A DNA stretch of 64,000 nt from Dehalococcoidia bacterium (GTDB taxonomy: Bacteria > Chloroflexota > Dehalococcoidia > Lucifugimonadales > UBA3495). The notes under the pieces were generated by a model. That model ran no database searches, was not told the origin of the DNA, and saw only the letters and a list, made by a program, of their open reading frames with translations. The position numbers and the translations under genes are program-made. The stretch spans positions 23,837 through 87,836 of the forward strand of contig JAKUNK010000010.1 of assembly GCA_022451945.1 (NCBI GenBank), in the 5' to 3' direction. Position 1 is the stretch's first letter, and each line of letters begins with the position of its first letter. Positions 1 to 7,470 of this stretch are shown here, one piece after another.

Positions 1-1
1 C

Positions 2-1039
2 ACTACTGTCCATTGGGACTCAGCCTTGGAGGCCATCGAGCGCTGCTATGAGTTGGGCTGGACCGACGGTCTACCGGTTGTACCTCCCACTGAACAACGC
101 GTCGGAGAATTCATCGAACATTCCGGCCGACCTGCCGATGAGGTAGTCGGCGAACTACCTGAACGCCGGCGCGAGATAACCGTCGGCAAGGTAGCCTCCA
201 ACGCGGTGATGGCTGGATGTCTACCAGAGTACATGCCGGTGGTGTTGGCCGCCACCGAAGCCATGTTGGAGCCCATCTTTAACCTTGTAGGCCCGTCTTC
301 CAGCATGGGCGGCTCCGCCATATTGTCGATCGTGAACGGCCCGATGGCGAAAGAACTAAATATTAACTCACGTAACAACCTGTTCGGCCCCGGTAACCGG
401 GCCAATGCCACCATCGGCCGGGCTGTGCGGTTAATCCTGATGAACGCCTGCGCCGCCATACCTGGCGTCTTTGACCGGAGCGTCATCGGCCACCCAGGCA
501 AGTACACCTATTGCATCGCCGAAGCCGACACCGAGACTCATTGGACGCCGTTGCACGTGGAGCGTGGTTTCTCTCCCCAAGAGAGCACAGTCACCGTGTT
601 CGCTGGCGAGTCTCCCCGCCAGATCAGGGCCGTTGGCCACCCGGAGCCCATCATGATGGCTATCGCCGACGTGGCATCTAGCTTGGGCAGTAACATGTCC
701 ACATCGGGTTCGGTGGGCGACACCGGAATCGGTGTCCGGCAAGGCCAAATCGTAGTGACGATAGCTGGCAACTCCAACCTCTGGAAGGACTGGACCAAAG
801 CCCAGATAAAAGACTACATCTTCACCCGCACCCAGCGGTCCGTCGCGGATCTCAAAGCGGCCATGGTCCTGAAAGGCGACCTTGAACAGAGTGACAGCGA
901 AACGATGATTCCGTTGATCCCTGAACCCGACGATATCCTACTGGTCTTCGCCGGAGGCGAAGAATCGAATATGTCCTCAGTGATTCCGAGTTGGGGCCCC
1001 AAAGTAGGGTCCACGGCCGTCACCAAAAAAATCAGGTAG
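2..1039 (+). CDS. Conserved hypothetical protein, the usual partner of UGSC-family (seleno)proteins; probably 5'-truncated by the window edge
   Basis: The frame is open from base 2. Family motifs GWTDGLPVVPPT, NAVMAGC, GPGNRANATIGRA, HPGKY and W.PLHVERGF are present. It lies directly upstream of the UGSC gene. Confidence 0.8.
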   Translation, partial: TTVHWDSALEAIERCYELGWTDGLPVVPPTEQRVGEFIEHSGRPADEVVGELPERRREITVGKVASNAVMAGCLPEYMPVVLAATEAMLEPIFNLVGPSSSMGGSAILSIVNGPMAKELNINSRNNLFGPGNRANATIGRAVRLILMNACAAIPGVFDRSVIGHPGKYTYCIAEADTETHWTPLHVERGFSPQESTVTVFAGESPRQIRAVGHPEPIMMAIADVASSLGSNMSTSGSVGDTGIGVRQGQIVVTIAGNSNLWKDWTKAQIKDYIFTRTQRSVADLKAAMVLKGDLEQSDSETMIPLIPEPDDILLVFAGGEESNMSSVIPSWGPKVGSTAVTKKIR

Positions 1040-1155
1040 ACAGACGGCAGATTGAGTATTGCACGAATCAGAAAATATTCACTGACGCGGGCGATACTGT
1101 ACAATTGAGAGACGAGTTTGAAAGTGCCGAAACCGGCACACTGAGAGGGAGTCAA

Positions 1156-1695
1156 ATGGCCCAGAGCGAACATGTACTAGTGAACCCGGTCACCCAGCCC
1201 ATCATTGCTCCTTTCGACGGAGCGCCCCGTCTGGCCAGCCTGGCCGGCACCCGGCTGGGGATAATCGACGACAGTAAACGCAATGCAGATGTCCTCCTGG
1301 AAGAACTGGCAGAGGTCCTGCGGACGCGCTATGAGATAACCGACGTCGAGTGGCACCGTAAACCCAGCGCCTCCCGACCCGCCGACCCCACGGCGTTGAA
1401 AGAGCTCACTGAGAAGGTTGACTCCGTGATTATCGCGATAGGTGATTGAGGATCCTGCAGTGCGTGCAGTGTGCACGACGGGATTCACGTTGAGAACGCC
1501 GGCATACCCTCAGCCACCATCTGTACCGACCGTTTTATCCCGACTGCGAAGGGTATGGCCAAGATGTGGGGCGCTGAAGACTACCCAACTATCTTTACCG
1601 CTCATCCAATCGAGAACATGACCAGAGAAGCCCTCCGCACCCGAGCTGAAGAATTGGCCCCACAGGTGGTTCAAGTCCTAACCGGAGAAGGCTAA
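1156..1695 (+). CDS. UGSC-family selenoprotein (179 aa, in-frame TGA at 1447-1449 read as selenocysteine)
   Basis: ATG 1156 follows GGGAG. ORFs 991..1449 and 1471..1695 share a frame and are joined by GAT TGA GGA TCC TGC AGT GCG TGC = D-U-G-S-C-S-A-C. A SECIS-like hairpin follows the UGA. Confidence 0.85.
1450..1486 (+). promoter_or_regulatory. Putative bacterial SECIS element
   Basis: Outer stem GGATCCTG(1450-1457)/CGGGATTC(1479-1486) and apical stem CGTGCA/TGCACG with a GTG loop 19 nt after the UGA. Confidence 0.6.
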
Positions 1696-1717
1696 CCCAA
1701 CCGCCAATCTTGCAACG

Positions 1718-1756
1718 AAAAAAGACCCCACAGTATTTCTATTGCGGGGTCTTCTC
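1718..1756. terminator. Intrinsic terminator between convergent genes
   Basis: AAAAAAGACCCCAC...GCGGGGTCTTCT inverted repeat with an A-tract (U-tract on the minus strand). Confidence 0.7.
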
Positions 1757-1777
1757 CGTTCTATTACCTCTTGCCTA

Positions 1778-1969
1778 TTAGGCTAGTTCTCTCCGGAGTT
1801 CCGGCGGGAGCAGATTGGGTATCGAACCCTCGATCGGGTAAGACTCGCTACATGCCACGCATTCGAGACTGCCGACAATGACATCATCGCCTTCTTCTTC
1901 CTCTGAGCGTAATTCCAAATCCCCCTTGCACACTGGGCAAGCCAGTATATCCATCAGGTCTTTCTTCAT
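1778..1969 (-). CDS. Trm112-like (UPF0434) protein
   Basis: 63 aa with L.DILACPVCKG and C..C...YPI.G.IP.LL motifs; GGAG RBS. Confidence 0.85.
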   Translation of the reverse strand: MKKDLMDILACPVCKGDLELRSEEEEGDDVIVGSLECVACSESYPIEGSIPNLLPPELRRELA

Positions 1970-1993
1970 CAGTTCTCCAGCTTGGCTAGTAGG

Positions 1994-2479
1994 TTACGAG
2001 ACTAGGGCGTTTTCCAGCAGGCTATCAAGGATATCCGACAATCCTATCACTACGATGCCAGTCACCAAAATGGCGGTTGTTCCAGTAAGTCGGCCAAGCA
2101 GCCTCTGCCATCGGGAATCTCCCGGTTCTCGATCATCGGGATAACTGTTCTGGCGCATGAACCGGACGACGTAAAACATGTAGAGCGCCAAGGCTATCTT
2201 CAAAACCAACACCATCACGTAAGGACTGGTGATGGTGTCTTCTGTCAGTCTTGAGACGGACAAGATAACACCGGTAATCAGCAAGACTGCGATGGCGGTG
2301 CTGACCAGGCCCCGGAACTCGACCCCTATCGCCCTCCCGGTGTCGGCGGGCAGGCCCCGGGTCTGCCGAATGGCTGGACGAAGCACCATCAGGTAGAAGA
2401 CCCCACCGCCCACCCAGGCCACAGCGGACACGGCGTGGCCCCACCGTATAGCGAGCAGTATCCAATCTAAGGCGTTCAT
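1994..2479 (-). CDS. CopD-like / DUF4149-like integral membrane protein
   Basis: About four hydrophobic helices, with RW.H....AWVGG and LK.AL motifs. Start set to MNALDW (2479), downstream of the upstream gene's stop. Confidence 0.6.
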   Translation of the reverse strand: MNALDWILLAIRWGHAVSAVAWVGGGVFYLMVLRPAIRQTRGLPADTGRAIGVEFRGLVSTAIAVLLITGVILSVSRLTEDTITSPYVMVLVLKIALALYMFYVVRFMRQNSYPDDREPGDSRWQRLLGRLTGTTAILVTGIVVIGLSDILDSLLENALVS

Positions 2480-2495
2480 AGGACCATCTGGCCGG

Positions 2496-3038
2496 CTATG
2501 ATGCGGATCCCTCAATCAACGCTCTAATCTGCCTCACGACCTCTTCTTTCTTCAATATACTGATGTGAGTGGCCACCACTTCACCTTTCATGTCTATGAA
2601 AAAGGTTGTTGGGAAAAATTCCAGTTCGTAAGCCTCCGCGATGCGCGCTAGACGGTCGGTAGCGAAATCGAAGGTCAGGCCGAGCTCCTCGACGAAGTCA
2701 CGAGCGTCTTGTTCCGAATCGAACCCTTGGGGAACATAGAGGCCTAGTATCCGAACTGGTTCATCCTTCAGTTCCTGCCAGGCGGCTTCAATGGCCGGCA
2801 TCTCTTCACGGCAAGGCGGGCAGCTTGGATACCAGAAATTGACCACCACGGCATTATCTTTCGTTTCTTCGGAGAGCCGAAACGTTTCGCCGCCGAACTG
2901 GACCACTTCGAAATCGCGAGCGGCCTGTCCAGAGCCTCCGCAGGCCACCAGTAGGACGATGCCAGCCCACACCACGATGGAGGCGGCCATGAACGTTATC
3001 TGTTTAGTTGGAATCGGTTCCATGGAGGACCAATCCAT
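2496..3038 (-). CDS. TlpA/ResA-like thiol-disulfide oxidoreductase, probable lipoprotein
   Basis: VVNFWYPSCPPCREEMP (CxxC), cis-Pro motif FPTTFFID, and a hydrophobic N-terminus ending in LLVAC. Confidence 0.85.
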   Translation of the reverse strand: MDWSSMEPIPTKQITFMAASIVVWAGIVLLVACGGSGQAARDFEVVQFGGETFRLSEETKDNAVVVNFWYPSCPPCREEMPAIEAAWQELKDEPVRILGLYVPQGFDSEQDARDFVEELGLTFDFATDRLARIAEAYELEFFPTTFFIDMKGEVVATHISILKKEEVVRQIRALIEGSAS

Positions 3039-3411
3039 TCTATCGACGGCCTAAGTTGTGGTCAATCGAGACCAAAGTAGGTGACGATGTGACCGTTCAC
3101 ACGACAAATTAGCCACACCAGCCACGAATACACCAGCCGCACCAGAATTAGTCTAAATCAGCAAAAAAGATAAGGCGCCCAACCTTAACACGTGAACAGA
3201 TTCCCAGACTTGCGAAACTACTTCGGATCTACCAACTGAGCCAAGTTTGGCCGAGCGTTCGTGCATACCTTAATCCTCAAACAAAGTGGGCACCTAACGG
3301 CAAATCTCCCGAACGAATCGAGCGTGGAAAACCCTGAAGACTCAGAGCCTCTTTCTTTTGCCCGGCTTAGCTCTATAATCCATCCCAACTATCAAGTGGA
3401 GGAGCCAGTTC

Positions 3412-4161
3412 ATGCGTCTGGAGAATAAGGTGGCCCTAATCAGCGGCGGCTCAAAGGGTATGGGAGCCGTCGAAGCCAAGCTCTTCGCAAAAGAGGGCGC
3501 GAAGATTGTCATAGGTGACCTACTAGAATCAGAAGGCCGTCAGGTGGAGGCGGAGATCAATGAAACCGGTGGCGAATGCATATTCGTACCATTGGACGTG
3601 ACTAACGAAGCCCAGTGGGAGCAGGCGGTGGCCGCTGCGGTAGGACGCTTTGGAAAGCTGGACATACTCATCAATAACGCCGGAATCTTCCGCACCAACG
3701 CAGTGGAAGAAACCAGCTCCAACGAATGGGACCAGGTTATGGACATCAACGCCAAAGGCGTGTTTCTTGGCGCCAAGGCGGTGATACCAGCCATGCGGGA
3801 GGCGGGCGGCGGCTCCATCATCAACCTTTCGTCCGTGGCGGGGCTGGTAGGGGCAGCTTATTCAACCGCCTACAGCGCCTCTAAGGGAGCGGTGCGGCTT
3901 TTCACCAAGTCCACCGCCATCCAATACGCCGCCGACGGCATACGATCGAACTCGATTCATCCCGGCGTCATCCAGACCGACATGACCGCCGACGCCATAG
4001 CCAATCCTGACTTCAAAGAGCAACGAGTGGACCCGACTCCTCTGGGCAGGTTGGGGCAGCCAGAAGACGTGGCCATGGGCGCACTCTACCTGGCTTCTGA
4101 CGAGTCTTCTTTTGTCACCGGAGCAGAGTTGGTAATCGACGGGGGTTGGACCGCCCAATAG
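3412..4161 (+). CDS. Short-chain dehydrogenase/reductase (NAD-type, 3alpha,20beta-HSD/cyclopentanol dehydrogenase-like)
   Basis: SGGSKGMG, NNAG, catalytic S and YSASK, IDGG; GGAGGAG RBS. Confidence 0.92.
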   Translation: MRLENKVALISGGSKGMGAVEAKLFAKEGAKIVIGDLLESEGRQVEAEINETGGECIFVPLDVTNEAQWEQAVAAAVGRFGKLDILINNAGIFRTNAVEETSSNEWDQVMDINAKGVFLGAKAVIPAMREAGGGSIINLSSVAGLVGAAYSTAYSASKGAVRLFTKSTAIQYAADGIRSNSIHPGVIQTDMTADAIANPDFKEQRVDPTPLGRLGQPEDVAMGALYLASDESSFVTGAELVIDGGWTAQ

Positions 4162-4192
4162 CAACATTTCGACAAGACAAGGAGCAAACGCC

Positions 4193-4942
4193 ATGCGATT
4201 AGAGAATAAGGTCGCCTTGATCAGCGGTGGGGCCCGTGGGATGGGCGCGGTTGAAGCCAAGCTCTTCGCCAAAGAGGGCGCCAAAGTAATCATCGGAGAC
4301 ATGCTTGAAGACGAGGGCCGCAAGATAGAAGCCGAGATAAACGAGGCTGGCGGTGAGTGCGTTTTCGTAAGCTTGGATGTAAGTGACGAAGATGCCTGGA
4401 AACGGGCGGTCAACGAAGCCGTATCCCGCTACGGAAAGCTGGATATCTTGGTCAACAACGCCGGCATATACCGGGCCCACAACGTGGAAGACACTTCGGC
4501 TGATGAATGGGACCAGGTCATGGGCATCAACGCCAAGGGAGTGTTCCTGGGCACCAAGTCCGCTATTCCGGCCATGCGAGATGCCGGAGGTGGCTCTATT
4601 GTGAACATCTCGTCGGTTGCCGGTCTTGTAGGCAGCAAGTTAACCTCTGCCTACAACGCATCCAAGGGAGCAGTGAGGCTGCTTACCAAATCCACGGCCA
4701 TCCAGTACGCCTCCGAGGGGATCAGAGCCAATTCGGTCCATCCCGGTACCATCGAGACACCCATGACCGAAGGATTTCTGGCCGACGACGCTATGCGGAA
4801 AGACCGAATGGACCGCACGCCCATTGGTCGCCTGGGAAAGCCTGAGGACGTAGCCTACGGAGCTTTGTTCCTCGCATCGGACGAGGCGTCGTTCATGACC
4901 GGGTCAGAGCTAATAATCGATGGCGGGAGGACTGCGGAGTAG
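4193..4942 (+). CDS. Short-chain dehydrogenase/reductase, tandem paralogue of 3412..4161
   Basis: SGGARGMG, NNAG, YNASK; same 249-aa length; AAGGAG RBS. Confidence 0.92.
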   Translation: MRLENKVALISGGARGMGAVEAKLFAKEGAKVIIGDMLEDEGRKIEAEINEAGGECVFVSLDVSDEDAWKRAVNEAVSRYGKLDILVNNAGIYRAHNVEDTSADEWDQVMGINAKGVFLGTKSAIPAMRDAGGGSIVNISSVAGLVGSKLTSAYNASKGAVRLLTKSTAIQYASEGIRANSVHPGTIETPMTEGFLADDAMRKDRMDRTPIGRLGKPEDVAYGALFLASDEASFMTGSELIIDGGRTAE

Positions 4943-5100
4943 AGAACTGACATCGACCAGCATAAGTCCGGTGTAATAGAGGCGTCGCCCTCGGCTTAAC
5001 CCTCCCCACTGCGAGATAGATGGGGACTGTCACTTCCTATAGGCGTGGTACGGTTGGGAAGAGGGGTGGAATTATTCGGCAGTTAAAACCATAAACCAGG

Positions 5101-5140
5101 AAAATGACCTCTGCATTCTGTGGAATGCAGGGGTCATTTT
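5101..5140. terminator. Bidirectional intrinsic terminator
   Basis: AAAATGACCTCTGCATTC-TGTG-GAATGCAGGGGTCATTTT, a near-perfect inverted repeat between convergent genes. Confidence 0.8.
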
Positions 5141-5160
5141 GTAATCAGCTTAAGCCGATC

Positions 5161-6921
5161 CTATCGCCCCATGGCGTAGCCATCTCTCCTAGGATCGGCC
5201 CCACCGTTGCGGCTGCCACGTTCTTGGTCAACGTGGATGGCGCAGAGGCAGCCCATACGTGGGGTGAAGTCGTCCCAGACCTCTACGGTATGGCCACGCC
5301 CCCGCAGATCCTCAACCACTTTAGGGTCGATGCGGCCTTCTACTCCAACGAAGCCCGGGTTGTATGCGTGAGGCCAAAAGGAGTTAGGGAAGCCCCAGGT
5401 GGAAACGCGGGGTGCTTCGATGGCTTCCTGAACTTCCATTCCGAACTCTGCAACATTCAGGAACAGCTGGACCATAGACTGAGGTTGAACGTCGCCACCT
5501 GGTGTCCCGAAGGGCATCAAAACCTTGCCGTCTTTCATGGCCAGCGCCGGGTTCGGTGTCAACCTGGGCCGCTTGCCCCCTTGCATGGAGCTGGGGTGTT
5601 CGTGGTCGAGCCAAGACTGGGAGCCGCGTCCGGAGACGATGAAACCCAAACCGGGAACGATAGGGTTGTAAGCGATGGTGTCGCTGGGCGTTGCCGAGAA
5701 GGCGTTGCCCCACTGGTCGACAACGGCAGTATAGCTGGTGTCGGCCTGCAGCCCGCCGCCAACAGGCTCTGGCCGAGAGGGCTTTCCGTTCGGCGATTCC
5801 ATGCCTTGGTGACGCCAAGGGTCACCGGCTTCTGGCATTTCGCCAAAGGCTTTCAGCATGTTAATCCGAGTCCGGCGTTCTTCGGCGAATGACTTGGACA
5901 GCAGACCCTGGATAGGCACATCTACGAAGTCCGGGTCGCCGTAGTAGGCTTCCCGGTCGCTAAGGGCCAGGCTCAGTGATTCAAGTATTACGTGGATGTA
6001 GTCTGCGCTGTTGTGGCCCATTGATTTCAGGTCCATGCCCTCTAGGATCTGAAGCGCCTGGATGCTGACTGGTCCCTGGCACCACGGTCCACAGGTGTAG
6101 ACGTCTATCCCTTTGTAAGTGCCGTGGGCCGGAATTCCGACGCCGACGTGGAAATCGGCCAGGTCTTGCATGGTTAAGAGGCCGCCATTCTCTTGGTGGA
6201 ACTTGACCATCTCCTCCGCTATCTCTCCCTTGTAGAAGAAGTCGCGTGCCGCCTGAATGGCCGCATCTCGGCCTTGGGATGCGTTCTTGCGCTCAATCTC
6301 GATCAGGCGCTTGAAGCTGCGGGCCAGGTCCTTTTGCACCAGTGTCTCGCCTTCTTTGAAAGCCCTTCCTCCGGGATAGAAAATCTCGGCCGTCGAGGGC
6401 CACATGGTCTGGTCATCGGTCTCATGGGTTATACCGTCTCCGGCCGATTTGGCGAAATAAGACGCCAGGGTAGCTGGAACTGGGAAGCCATTCTCCGCCA
6501 ACTCCATAGCTGGGGTGACCACTTGTTCAAAGGTCATGGTCCCGTAGAGTTTCAGCGCTGTCATCCAGGCATCGGCCCCAGCCGGTGTCACGGTGCGGGG
6601 GATACCGGCTGGCATATCGCCGCCGAATTTGCCCAGATAGTCGTCAATATTGGCAGCCTTGGGCCAGCGGCCGAGACCGCTGATTTCAACCGTCTCTTTC
6701 TTCTGGGCATCGTGGATGATGATGGGGGCCACACCGCCGAAGTTGGTCCACTGAGGCAGAACAACGTTCAGGGTGATTCCAGCTGCGACGCCTGCGTCTG
6801 TGGCGTTGCCGCCCTGCTCTAGTATCCGGTAACCCGACGCGGTGGCCAGATAATGCCCCGCGGTTACCATGTGGGTAGAACCCGAAACCGTGGGACGGTA
6901 TGACTTGATTCCGATTGCCAC
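5161..6921 (-). CDS. ggt: Gamma-glutamyltransferase family (Ntn-hydrolase)
   Basis: GGNATDA, QKDLA, DTSYTAVVDQWGN (N-terminal nucleophile Thr), KRPRLT, GTPGGDVQPQ, GADPRRDG. Confidence 0.88.
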   Translation of the reverse strand: MAIGIKSYRPTVSGSTHMVTAGHYLATASGYRILEQGGNATDAGVAAGITLNVVLPQWTNFGGVAPIIIHDAQKKETVEISGLGRWPKAANIDDYLGKFGGDMPAGIPRTVTPAGADAWMTALKLYGTMTFEQVVTPAMELAENGFPVPATLASYFAKSAGDGITHETDDQTMWPSTAEIFYPGGRAFKEGETLVQKDLARSFKRLIEIERKNASQGRDAAIQAARDFFYKGEIAEEMVKFHQENGGLLTMQDLADFHVGVGIPAHGTYKGIDVYTCGPWCQGPVSIQALQILEGMDLKSMGHNSADYIHVILESLSLALSDREAYYGDPDFVDVPIQGLLSKSFAEERRTRINMLKAFGEMPEAGDPWRHQGMESPNGKPSRPEPVGGGLQADTSYTAVVDQWGNAFSATPSDTIAYNPIVPGLGFIVSGRGSQSWLDHEHPSSMQGGKRPRLTPNPALAMKDGKVLMPFGTPGGDVQPQSMVQLFLNVAEFGMEVQEAIEAPRVSTWGFPNSFWPHAYNPGFVGVEGRIDPKVVEDLRGRGHTVEVWDDFTPRMGCLCAIHVDQERGSRNGGADPRRDGYAMGR

Positions 6922-7081
6922 GTTGCACCCCTCTAATTCTTTTCAGTTTTACGGTTACAATTTATGCCTGCTAACGGCGATCCCACCTTTGAGGGAATGA
7001 TACGAAGGGGGCTTGAGGGTGTCAATGTTTTAGCCGACAGTTATCAACTGTCGTAGTCCCTGACTACCAACCCTGTATCAA

Positions 7082-7465
7082 GTGATAGTATTAGGAAAAA
7101 TTCTGAGGGGGCCGATACGAATGCTGGTTGAAGTGGAAGTGGTCGGTGGTGAAAACAGCCCGCTAGACCTGCACCGGATGTTCGATCTGCTGACCGCCCC
7201 GACCGAGGTCATTCGGGTATTCGCAACAAACCCGATGGGCGAGGATCTCTGGTGCCGCGTCACCGGCTGGAGTTCGGAAGGGCCGTGCATCGCCATGTCG
7301 GCATTGGCCGAAGATTCGGGCGAGGGCGTGGTGCTGTTGGTCTACGGCGGCGACGAGGGACTACGATTGCAGCCTGCCGGGTCTTCGGACGACTGGGACT
7401 TGGCGAACAGCGTTCAGTGGGGAGAGGCCTGCTTGATGTTAGCCGAGGGGACGCCGGTCGAGTAA
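7082..7465 (+). CDS. Hypothetical protein
   Basis: 127-aa acidic ORF filling the gap between ggt and the convergent pentapeptide gene. Start may be ATG 7121. Confidence 0.6.
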   Translation: MIVLGKILRGPIRMLVEVEVVGGENSPLDLHRMFDLLTAPTEVIRVFATNPMGEDLWCRVTGWSSEGPCIAMSALAEDSGEGVVLLVYGGDEGLRLQPAGSSDDWDLANSVQWGEACLMLAEGTPVE

Positions 7466-7470
7466 CTCGG

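Noticed and set aside
991-1449. ORFs 991..1449 and 1471..1695 as two separate genes or a nonsense pseudogene
   Set aside because: They share a frame, a single TGA falls in a UxxC motif, a SECIS-like hairpin follows, and there is no RBS before 1471. One selenoprotein starting at 1156 explains this better.
3105-3150. Short repeats (CACACCAGCC-like) in the tlpA/SDR divergent spacer
   Set aside because: Only 2-3 short irregular copies with no spacer periodicity, so not a CRISPR or iteron array.
5104-6822. Long plus-strand ORFs (5104..5892, 6193..6822) opposite ggt, and similar shadow ORFs elsewhere (e.g. 39455..40219, 49267..50064)
   Set aside because: These are antisense shadows of well-supported genes in a GC-rich genome and carry no recognisable motifs.
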